A stretch of DNA of 64,000 bases from the IMG/VR virus record IMGVR_UViG_3300029911_000001, positions 1 through 64,000 of that record, one strand, 5' to 3'. Shown one piece after another: positions 49,538 through 57,579 of this stretch (positions are counted from its first letter, which is position 1; each line of letters starts with the position of its first letter). The notes below the pieces were generated by a model that was not told the origin of the DNA, did no database searches, and saw only the letters and a list, made by a program, of their open reading frames with translations. The position numbers were made by a program, and so were the translations under genes.

Positions 49538-50115
49538 TTAGTTTATTCTCAAATACCTATTCCTTGACACGTAACCCAGCCCTAGCAGCCCTGTGCCCAG
49601 CAGCAGCAAGGAGGAAGGCTCAGGAGTCGGGGCTGGGATGGGGACAGCGAAGGTGTCCAGTGGCGTGACTGACAGGCTTACGATCCCCCCTTCGGGTGTG
49701 TCCCCACTCATGAATGAAATCCAGTCCAGCCCGTCCGCCTCAAAGCCCTCCGAAGTGCGTGTAAGTCCAGCGTATAGGGAATACTCCAGACCGCGTTGTA
49801 GCCCGTAAATGCAACCCCCGTCGCCGCCTCAAACCACGGGCTGGAAGCAGTCAACACGTTGTTGTTGAATGTCGTACCGGGGGCTGACAACACCATGGAG
49901 GCAGTATGCTGGGCATCCGATATCACACCCGTGAGTCCTGTGATAATTCCGGCTGAATTGGTTGTGAAGGTTCCGCGTCCTGCGAGGGGTAGATAGGGGA
50001 TACCGTCAGGCGTGTCGGCTGAATTGAAGAAAAAAGAATACTGACTGGCAGAGGCTGCTGGAGTTCCTAGTACAACCATCAAGGTCAAGGCAAAAGAAAG
50101 TAGGGCGGTTTTCAT
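49538..50115 (-). pseudogene. PEP-CTERM surface protein, frameshifted by one base near 49790
   Basis: Signal peptide in one frame; TPEPSSLLLLGTGLLGLGYVSRNRYLRIN* in the adjacent frame; span 578 nt = 3n-1. Confidence 0.8.
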
Positions 50116-50162
50116 TGTTTTATCCCTTTCATTATTTTATTTAGTTCCCAAGAAACCTCTGG

Positions 50163-51164
50163 TTATTTCAATCCTTCCGCTGCGAGTTCCTTGGGCGTCA
50201 TGTGCGTGTAGGTGACGTTCATCCGGCCAACCTCGATGGTGTCCCACACGTACAGGCCGAAGTGCTTGTACACGACGGGGAAGACACTCTCCCGGTGCGT
50301 GTCGATGAGCAGTTCTGCCTTCATCTGGTCGATGGGAAACCACTTAACCTCTTCAATGTCATCGCCAGCAATCGCATTGAGCGAGGGTGACTCCGCCGCG
50401 AAGACGAGCGACTTGATTTGGTCGGGCTCCCCTTTCCACCGCCAGTCAGGGATGAGAGCAGAGCCGATGAACTGAGGTTCATTCACCACGAGGCTGGTCT
50501 CCTCCATGGCTTCACGGGCAGCGTCGTACTCGTAGCTGGGGGTGTAGGGCTCAGAGAAGCCACCGATGAACCGCCACTGCGTCTCACCCGGCTTGCGACC
50601 GAGCAGGAACAGCGTTTTGGTGTCGTCGTTCTCCGGCTTGTGGTAAATCACCACGTCCACCGTCGCCTTCACAGCAGGACGGATGTTGGTCATGGCGTAG
50701 ATGACGCCAGCACGGAACTCCGGGGACTCCATGACCGTGTTGGTAATTTTCGCACGGATGGTGGTGCCGCTGATGCCGTCGAGCGTGTTGGGGAGAGTCA
50801 GTTCAATCGGCTTGTACGCCCCATGGTAGTGCGGTACGAAAGAATCGCGAGAGCCGTACAGCGTCACGTCGCCGTAGTCCACTACGTCACGAATAGCCCT
50901 GTCCAAGTTCCGCGACCACGTTGCATCTTCCTTGGTGTCGGTGAGGGGGAAAATCATGAAGTCGGGATACGCAGCCTGAACCATCGCCTTGCGAGTCTCG
51001 AAGTCGAGGGGGTTGTTGTAGGTCGAGCCAATGGACTTCTGACCGAGGAACAGAATGACCTTGCTGTGCCGTGCCCTTACTTCATCGAACAGGGCTCTGT
51101 GTCCAGCGTGAAGAGCATCGACTTGGCAGCGTGCGACAAGAACGCCGTAGTTAGGCTTTTGCAT
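50163..51164 (-). CDS. nadM: bifunctional NMN adenylyltransferase / Nudix hydrolase
   Basis: ARCQ..LHAGH, NPL, ISGTTIR; Nudix box GGF...AAREAMEET; AGDD. Confidence 0.92.
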   Translation of the reverse strand: MQKPNYGVLVARCQVDALHAGHRALFDEVRARHSKVILFLGQKSIGSTYNNPLDFETRKAMVQAAYPDFMIFPLTDTKEDATWSRNLDRAIRDVVDYGDVTLYGSRDSFVPHYHGAYKPIELTLPNTLDGISGTTIRAKITNTVMESPEFRAGVIYAMTNIRPAVKATVDVVIYHKPENDDTKTLFLLGRKPGETQWRFIGGFSEPYTPSYEYDAAREAMEETSLVVNEPQFIGSALIPDWRWKGEPDQIKSLVFAAESPSLNAIAGDDIEEVKWFPIDQMKAELLIDTHRESVFPVVYKHFGLYVWDTIEVGRMNVTYTHMTPKELAAEGLK

Positions 51165-51789
51165 TACTTTCCTCCATGTTGAGTTCCAATATCCTTACGC
51201 CCCGGTTCAATCCGTTGAGCACTCTGCCGAGCCGATAATCAACACCACTTGAGGGCACGTTGAATAGCTTAGCCAGTTCGGTGGTTTTTGTTACCGCTGG
51301 TCGTCCATCCAAACCAAATGCTCTGACTGCGAGGTCGGCAGCGATTGGCTTGTATCCCGCCTTCACAATGCCATACACCTTGGCGAAAATCGCCAGCTTC
51401 TCACTCCGAGTGGGGTTGTAATTTGGTTTGTGCCATGACCGCTCACCCGCCGCACGAAACATAGCATTGAGGCTGGCCGATGAGGGGTTCAAAGAAATAG
51501 CAACCTGCTCCGCCTCACGTAGCACCCGCTCATACTCCGCCTTCTCAATAGCCTCCGCCCTCTCAGCTTGTTTGCGTTTCTCCTGAACTACCTTTTTACG
51601 TTCATCCAGTTCATCGAGGATTGTACGTAGAGCTTCCCTTTCCTTTTTCAGAGAGACCACCGATTGGTAGAAGTCGAACAGAGCCGAACATCCCTCGCAC
51701 AGTATCAACTCAGGAGGGGTCTCCGGGTTGAACTCTGGGTGCTTGGGACACGTCGAACTCCATATCGAGACACCAAAGGGTTTCATCAT
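51151..51789 (-). CDS. hypothetical protein (Zn motif, coiled coil, C-terminal HTH-like)
   Basis: CPKH..CEGC; TTELAKLFNVPSSGVDYRL. Confidence 0.65.
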   Translation of the reverse strand: MMKPFGVSIWSSTCPKHPEFNPETPPELILCEGCSALFDFYQSVVSLKKEREALRTILDELDERKKVVQEKRKQAERAEAIEKAEYERVLREAEQVAISLNPSSASLNAMFRAAGERSWHKPNYNPTRSEKLAIFAKVYGIVKAGYKPIAADLAVRAFGLDGRPAVTKTTELAKLFNVPSSGVDYRLGRVLNGLNRGVRILELNMEESNAKA

Positions 51790-51954
51790 TTCTCCGGCAC
51801 TTCAACCGTCCGCAACCGGACGGGTTTGGGGCCGAACTCCTGTTCGACCTCTGCGTGACAAAAGTCACAAGTACCGACGTTGAAGATGGCGTCCGCCGTC
51901 TGAATCATCGGGCCGGTAAATGTGACCTTCGGGTGTTGACACGTGTTGCTCAAG

Positions 51955-52152
51955 TTAGAACCACCGTTCGTAAGATAAAAACACCGGCTCGTAATCGCCG
52001 TTGACCAGCCTGTCCAGCATCATGCGACGGAACTTCCGGTGAAGGGCCTTGTTCAACTTGCGAACCTTCCGGGCACCGTTGCGGGTTGACTTGATATGAC
52101 GCTTGTAGCCGTCGCAGATAGGGCAGCAGCCCTTGATGAATGTACGTTGCAT
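51955..52152 (-). CDS. small basic protein
   Basis: AAGGAG RBS inside a hairpin; CC.IC; K/R-rich. Confidence 0.6.
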   Translation of the reverse strand: MQRTFIKGCCPICDGYKRHIKSTRNGARKVRKLNKALHRKFRRMMLDRLVNGDYEPVFLSYERWF

Positions 52153-52209
52153 TAGGTACGGCTCCTTAGGCCGCGCTAATGCATGGTTGACTCCTTCATG
52201 ACTTCCTCC

Positions 52210-52410
52210 CTATGGGAGCTTGAACATCAGTATAACAAAACTTGAGAGTACGGCGATAGTAACACCGATGACACAGAAATCATAGGTGTCGTAGTTGAAG
52301 GTAATCCACCACGGAGCTTCTCCGCCAGCGGCTTCAACCCCCCGAACATAGCCTCGCATCCCACGGAACAACAGACAGTAGACGAGGAAAAAGAAAGCGA
52401 ATCGCATCAT
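52210..52410 (-). CDS. small two-TM membrane protein
   Basis: Two hydrophobic segments; overlaps the neighbouring gene. Confidence 0.55.
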   Translation of the reverse strand: MMRFAFFFLVYCLLFRGMRGYVRGVEAAGGEAPWWITFNYDTYDFCVIGVTIAVLSSFVILMFKLP

Positions 52411-52832
52411 GCCCCCTTGTGAATCGCGTCATACCGAGCGCGCATTTCCTTGGTGACCGGGTAACCGTCCGGTGCCTGTGCTCCGGGCTTCTTCGCCGAA
52501 AAGGTGACAACATCGTGGTGATGCTGCGAGACTTCCAGCCGCATCAAACGCCAGTCGAACTCCACATGCTCACGAGCCATGACCATAGCAGCATCAACGC
52601 CCTGAGCCTCATCAAAGGTGCCATGGATGCCGGTCTTCTGCCAGCACTCACCCGAAGCACTGAATCCCGGAGGGGTGCCGAAGCTGTCAAGGCTTGCCCT
52701 GAACCACTTTTTGTCCTTACCAGTGGTGTACCGGGCTTCCAGTACGTAGATAGTGAACTCGCCGTCGCATCTCATACCCACAGTATACACACGCTGGGGA
52801 CGTTTTGAACAAACTTTTACTGAGGCGTCCAC
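52407..52832 (-). CDS. hypothetical protein
   Basis: GC3-rich coding pattern; start uncertain. Confidence 0.55.
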   Translation of the reverse strand: MDASVKVCSKRPQRVYTVGMRCDGEFTIYVLEARYTTGKDKKWFRASLDSFGTPPGFSASGECWQKTGIHGTFDEAQGVDAAMVMAREHVEFDWRLMRLEVSQHHHDVVTFSAKKPGAQAPDGYPVTKEMRARYDAIHKGA

Positions 52833-53026
52833 CTTTTTATAGCCGCTTGACGCGATATTTCAATGAGACAGCCTCTACCACAAGTCTTAGCCCCGCTAGA
52901 TTTAGGCGTAAAGGGGGTATAACATACGAGACACGTAGGTTGTACAAACTGTAGACCATATTTGATACATGTTTTAAGTGAAAATAAGGCCCCTTTGGCT
53001 TGCTGAGCCATGAAGGTTTTTGCCAT
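52817..53026 (-). CDS. small Zn-ribbon protein, possibly an endonuclease remnant
   Basis: CLVC..F......KTCGRGC; AT-rich codons. Confidence 0.35.
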   Translation of the reverse strand: MAKTFMAQQAKGALFSLKTCIKYGLQFVQPTCLVCYTPFTPKSSGAKTCGRGCLIEISRQAAIKRWTPQ

Positions 53027-53067
53027 AGCATCTAGCGATTTTGGTTTGCCCCTGTGGGCTGATTTAA

Positions 53068-55002
53068 CTAATCATCATTAATTAATCCCAATTCCACAAG
53101 GAACCGGCTAGGAGCTACTCTACGTACATCAGCCCCCCGCTGTTCCATAGCATGAGCGCAAATAGTCAACTGGTCTTTAGCTCTAGTACAGGCGACGTAC
53201 CATAGCCTGCGCTCTTCCTCAATTTCCTCGGGAGATTGACAGAAGAGATGAGGTAAACTCCCCTCCACTACATTAGTCACATACACCCTTTGAAACTCTA
53301 GACCTTTAGCACTATGTATTGTGCTCACTGTTACTTGCCCTTCCTTGTCATCCTCGCGTGCCCGTTCAAGTGTAATCTGGAAGACCACATCTTCGGTAGT
53401 CATCTTCTGGTCTTCAGAGAGACCGCGAACAAGTTCCTTGAAGCGTTCGATGTTCTCCAGCTTCGACTTTATCTTGTCCGGTTCCTTCTTGTACTTGTTG
53501 TCGATGTACTTGTTGTAGTCCATCGCCGAGATGATTTTGTCGAGAGCCTGAACCGGATACTCTCGGTACCTCTGGATGTTCTCCATGGCAGACACAAACA
53601 AGCTGAGCTTGTCGATGATGTTGCAGCCTTGAATCAGGTCGCCATCATATTTCTCATTCGCCGTCTTGCGGATGCGTTCAAGAGCCACATCACCAACACC
53701 ACGTTTCGGTATGCTCACTGCACGAGCGAGAGCGGTGAAGTCTTTCGGGTTGGCGACAAGACGCAAGTAAGAGATAATATCGCGTACCTCTTCTGTCTGA
53801 AGTAAGCCGCGACCACCACGCACCACGTAAGGGATGCGGTAGCGAACGAGGGCGTTCTCAATGTCCATAATCTGACGAGCAGAGCGGACGAGAATCGCGT
53901 TGTCCTTGTATGCGATGTGACCCTTCTTCCGCATATTGTCCTTGTTGATTTCGGATGCGATGAGCAGGGCAATGTCGATGGGCAGAGAGGCTCGTGTTAG
54001 TTCAACCGTTCCCTTGTTCTCCTCGTCTCCACGGAAGGTGGACATACGAAGGGGCACCGTGTCCACCATCTTCGCCTGTATGTGATTGGCGAGGTAAACA
54101 ATGCGAGGAAGACTGCGGTGATTCTTAGCAATCCGGTAGAGAATGGGGGTGCGTCCTCTCCACCCCTCTGAGAACTCCTTGAGGAGATGGGGAGCCGAGC
54201 CGTTGAAGCCCATGATACTCTGAGAAATATCTCCTACCGTCATCAGGTTGGGGTTGTCGGGCGCGAGGAGCCCATTCACGACGCCCCACTGGGGAACAGA
54301 TAAATCCTGAGCCTCGTCCACCAGCACAATGGTAAATGCCTTATGCAACTGAGCTAACCACACCGGGTCTTGCTCACATCGGCGATTGAAGAAACACAAC
54401 ATATCCGAGAAGTCGAGGTTGTTGGCCCGATGTTTTTCTTCCTCATACAGCTTCCAGATTTGTAAGTCGAAGGGCTCCATCGCATGATAACCTGCGTGGG
54501 CGACAAGAGCCTGTTCATGCACATCATCGGTGTAGTCTACACAAAAGCCGAGGCCACGAGCGCGATGGTAGTTCACCTTCTCTAAAAATTTGTATACAAA
54601 TGAGCCAAGGCTAATACCCTTTTCTTTGACGTTGACCGTACGTTCCACAATCCGGCGAATCATCTGGCTCTGGTCGTAGTCATCCAGCGGCGTCACTCGC
54701 TCCTGTAAACCAAAACCAGCAGGGTTCTTACGAATCGCGGAGAGAGCAATGGAGTGGATGGTGGATACCTTAGGGGTGAAAAGTGAGTCAGGGGATATGT
54801 CCAACCGCTCTAAAAGCTCACCCGCCGCTTTATTGGTGAAGGTCACGCAACAAATTCGTCTAGGTTCCACCCCCTGAGCGATAAGCCACTTCACACGCTC
54901 TGTTAGTACACGGGTCTTCCCGGAACCCGCACCGGCGATGAGACAGGCAGGAGCACCTAGCGGGTGTTCAACCGCTGCCATCTGTTCTTCATTGAGTTGC
55001 AT
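53068..55002 (-). CDS. uvrD: UvrD/Rep/PcrA superfamily 1 helicase
   Basis: LNEEQ, AGAGSGKT, VTFTNKAA, VDEAQD, NHRS, TIHSAKGLEF and EERRLWYVACTRA motifs. Confidence 0.95.
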   Translation of the reverse strand: MQLNEEQMAAVEHPLGAPACLIAGAGSGKTRVLTERVKWLIAQGVEPRRICCVTFTNKAAGELLERLDISPDSLFTPKVSTIHSIALSAIRKNPAGFGLQERVTPLDDYDQSQMIRRIVERTVNVKEKGISLGSFVYKFLEKVNYHRARGLGFCVDYTDDVHEQALVAHAGYHAMEPFDLQIWKLYEEEKHRANNLDFSDMLCFFNRRCEQDPVWLAQLHKAFTIVLVDEAQDLSVPQWGVVNGLLAPDNPNLMTVGDISQSIMGFNGSAPHLLKEFSEGWRGRTPILYRIAKNHRSLPRIVYLANHIQAKMVDTVPLRMSTFRGDEENKGTVELTRASLPIDIALLIASEINKDNMRKKGHIAYKDNAILVRSARQIMDIENALVRYRIPYVVRGGRGLLQTEEVRDIISYLRLVANPKDFTALARAVSIPKRGVGDVALERIRKTANEKYDGDLIQGCNIIDKLSLFVSAMENIQRYREYPVQALDKIISAMDYNKYIDNKYKKEPDKIKSKLENIERFKELVRGLSEDQKMTTEDVVFQITLERAREDDKEGQVTVSTIHSAKGLEFQRVYVTNVVEGSLPHLFCQSPEEIEEERRLWYVACTRAKDQLTICAHAMEQRGADVRRVAPSRFLVELGLINDD

Positions 55003-55178
55003 TAAACTATGACCCCACCTTCGTGTCTAACAGTAACTTTGTAGATAGCTCCATCCGAGAGAATCACAGTTCTCTCGGTATAGTCTGCACCCATGCGATG
55101 GAGATGCTCCGCAAAAGCGTTGGCTGTTTGCTCACCGATAGTGAGTTCCTCGTTTAGTTCATCATCTTCACTTGCCAT
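55002..55178 (-). CDS. small hypothetical protein
   Basis: MASEDDELNEEL... 58 aa; AGGAG RBS; TAATG overlap with the helicase gene. Confidence 0.55.
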   Translation of the reverse strand: MASEDDELNEELTIGEQTANAFAEHLHRMGADYTERTVILSDGAIYKVTVRHEGGVIV

Positions 55179-55183
55179 CGGTT

Positions 55184-55606
55184 TTACTCCTTGACTCTAC
55201 TTATGGCTGGCTTGTTCTCGTAGGTTCCCCAAAAGGTCTTACCTTCTAGGTAATACTGCCAAGCCGAGTCAAACTGACAGTTATCTGGAGCAGCAACAAA
55301 CATCGGAGCCATATCGGCTGCGGTGTACTTCGAGTGCCCGCATCCAATCTGCGTTATTTGGAAAGCCAGTTCAGGGTGGGCGATAGCGTAGGCGATGAAC
55401 TCGTCCACGAATCCCTTGATGCGGTCGATAGGCAGGATAGCCAGCTTGGCATCCTTGGTGGGGATAGCATAACTGTTGCCATGGTGACCATTACCGCGAC
55501 CATACTTGGCCCCGTGTTGTCGAGCGGCGATAAGAGCCGCACCGAGTCCGTGGGCTCCTGCTAGGTTAGAGCCGAAGACAAATATCATTTGTGGTCTTCT
55601 CTCCAC
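55184..55606 (-). CDS. A1S_2505-like phage protein (macrodomain-related)
   Basis: IFVFGSNLAG.HG.GAA..A...GA.YG.G.G..G.SYAIPTK and T.IGCG motifs. Confidence 0.7.
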   Translation of the reverse strand: MERRPQMIFVFGSNLAGAHGLGAALIAARQHGAKYGRGNGHHGNSYAIPTKDAKLAILPIDRIKGFVDEFIAYAIAHPELAFQITQIGCGHSKYTAADMAPMFVAAPDNCQFDSAWQYYLEGKTFWGTYENKPAISRVKE

Positions 55607-55938
55607 TGATCTTCATAGAGCTTCTGCACATCAGGTGAAAGGATGGCCGGATGGCAGTCTGCTGGGGCACCAGTGGACGTGAGCCCTGCACAATAGTATG
55701 GGGGTGGCGGGGAGTCCTTCTGGCTCTCTTCAGCCCAGTGGGAGATGAGCAGGGGCATACCTACGAACGGGGCGAGGATGATAAACAGCAGCATACCACT
55801 GAGCCACATCCCTTTCTTGACATCCTCATCAGGCACAGGCTTGTGGCAGTAACATGTACAGCCGCCAGCCTTGCACACCTGAGCGACCGATGGCTTCTTC
55901 TCTTCCTTGCGCTTGTTACGACGAGTCCAGCCGACCAT
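55585..55938 (-). CDS. single-TM membrane protein
   Basis: CxCxCH motif plus a hydrophobic helix. Confidence 0.6.
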   Translation of the reverse strand: MVGWTRRNKRKEEKKPSVAQVCKAGGCTCYCHKPVPDEDVKKGMWLSGMLLFIILAPFVGMPLLISHWAEESQKDSPPPPYYCAGLTSTGAPADCHPAILSPDVQKLYEDQWREDHK

Positions 55939-55941
55939 GGT

Positions 55942-56445
55942 TCACCTCTCTTTCGCTAACTCACATTCACGACAAATCATCTGTATCATTTCTTTGTCTG
56001 GTTGGAACACGCAATTGCACATAGAGCACTGATACTCTGACACGTTGGAATTGTCTTCTCCATTGAGAGGGAACTTGCGAATCTTCAAATCGTTGTTGGC
56101 GAAATCGCAGAAACTACAGGTGCATTCACCATGCTTGGATGCCACTTCCCTACAATACTTCAGCTTGTCATGATATGACGTGAAGAATCTTGGTAACTCC
56201 CCGGCTCCCTCTGCGGCAAGCAGCCACATACGGATGTTAGGCAGCGAGGCCATCTCTTCGATACGGGCGTGGCAGTGGCAACCACAGTTGCTTAGTAAAC
56301 TATCGTCCTGCCATGTCATGCAACAGGCACAGTCATATGCTTCAGCAAAGGGAGATGAGTCGTTGCCTGTCCAGCACCAGAGCCAACGTGCTTGGTTACT
56401 TGAGAGAAGCTTTTCGAGGATGAGACCGGCTTTTGTTCTATACAT
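55942..56445 (-). CDS. Cys-rich hypothetical protein
   Basis: Several CxxC/CxCxCH motifs. Confidence 0.6.
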   Translation of the reverse strand: MYRTKAGLILEKLLSSNQARWLWCWTGNDSSPFAEAYDCACCMTWQDDSLLSNCGCHCHARIEEMASLPNIRMWLLAAEGAGELPRFFTSYHDKLKYCREVASKHGECTCSFCDFANNDLKIRKFPLNGEDNSNVSEYQCSMCNCVFQPDKEMIQMICRECELAKER

Positions 56446-56457
56446 GATGGATAATAC

Positions 56458-56853
56458 TCAGTCCTTGGGTTTGTATACGGGGAAGTTCGGGCCGCAGGGG
56501 TAAATGTACCGAGTTGACGCCTCGAACAGAGCATCCCGGTTGATGACCCGACCATCGTTCCGGGTCTCGATGTTTCTCCAACACTGCTCCGGGTCGTTCT
56601 CCCACACCAGCCACTGAATCTGGCACTCGTAGTTCACGCCCTTGAGATAGGCGACGGCATTGTGGCGAACGTCAGGAAAGATGAAACCATAGTCTGAGAG
56701 AACTATAGTACCGCTGCTAAGCAATCTGGTTGGCACCACTCGATACAACTCTCCTGTCTGTGTCACGTCATCGAGGAACGGGTGTCCTGAGTTGTTTCCA
56801 AAATAGGACTTCCCGCTCCCCGGTAACCCGACAAGTAGAATGAACTTTGTCAT
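56458..56853 (-). CDS. P-loop kinase (polynucleotide-kinase-like)
   Basis: ILLVGLPGSGKS Walker A; C.RN...R lid. Confidence 0.75.
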   Translation of the reverse strand: MTKFILLVGLPGSGKSYFGNNSGHPFLDDVTQTGELYRVVPTRLLSSGTIVLSDYGFIFPDVRHNAVAYLKGVNYECQIQWLVWENDPEQCWRNIETRNDGRVINRDALFEASTRYIYPCGPNFPVYKPKD

Positions 56854-57341
56854 TTGGGCTCAGCCTCTCCGATGACCCCAACAGTCACCAACGCAAGGTA
56901 GAGGTTGTAGGGCGTGCATACCTTCCGCACGTAGTTGGATGAGTTCCCGTAGTAGTCGTTGGTACCTGACTCCTCGCTCGTGAGTTCTGCTTCCTTCACC
57001 AAACGCTTGTACTGAAGGAAGGTAATCTCCGGGCAGAACTTTGCCAAGATGTCGTCAAGGCATTCAATGGTGGGGTCGTCGTGAGCCTCAGTGTAAGCGT
57101 GGTGCGGGTCGCCACCCCAGCAGCTACCGCCAGAGATACCACCTACGTGAACTTCAGAACCTTCGAGACGGGTCTGACGATTGATGTCAGCAGCATCCTT
57201 CACCGTCTCCCACGTAGTGTAGTAACCCCGGCCCCGGTCGTTGTTGGGGTTCTTCAAGGAGCCACGTGCGATGGCGAAGACGCGGATGGCAAACTCTCCG
57301 AATCCAATGTCGTTTGTCTTTTCCAACTTAGTCTTGGCCAT
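56850..57341 (-). CDS. hypothetical protein
   Basis: GGAGGT RBS; GG.SGGSCWG motif. Confidence 0.7.
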   Translation of the reverse strand: MAKTKLEKTNDIGFGEFAIRVFAIARGSLKNPNNDRGRGYYTTWETVKDAADINRQTRLEGSEVHVGGISGGSCWGGDPHHAYTEAHDDPTIECLDDILAKFCPEITFLQYKRLVKEAELTSEESGTNDYYGNSSNYVRKVCTPYNLYLALVTVGVIGEAEPK

Positions 57342-57367
57342 GGTGTACCTCCTGTGGCATTATACAT

Positions 57368-57398
57368 GAAAACGCCGTGAGTCTCCTCACGGCGTTTC
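57368..57398 (-). terminator. intrinsic terminator closing the TerD/RNA unit
   Basis: aaacgccgtgag/ctcacggcgttt stem with a short T-run. Confidence 0.7.
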
Positions 57399-57406
57399 AA
57401 CTTTTC

Positions 57407-57480
57407 TCGGCGGAGAGCAGTAGACCTTATTTTTGAGTTTAAGTCAATGGTTTAGAAGGAAGGGTTACAATAGCCGCCGA
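57407..57480 (-). ncRNA. structured RNA repeat copy R1
   Basis: Closing stem TCGGCGG/CCGCCGA; conserved GGCTATT-N4-CCCTTCCTTCT ... AGGT-N4-TGCTC. Confidence 0.7.
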
Positions 57481-57487
57481 TTCTTGA

Positions 57488-57574
57488 TTGACGAGGGTGT
57501 TTCAGATACACGCCCAGCATATGCCACTGAGGTTGTTAGACCACGCATCTCGCGTAGCACCATGCCCTCGTCAA
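57488..57574 (-). ncRNA. candidate multi-branched RNA
   Basis: 10-bp closing stem TTGACGAGGG/CCCTCGTCAA with internal hairpins. Confidence 0.45.
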
Positions 57575-57579
57575 AGTTG

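Noticed and set aside
49760-49810. Programmed ribosomal frameshift in the PEP-CTERM gene
   Set aside because: No slippery heptamer or homopolymer at the shift; a mutation or assembly error is more likely.
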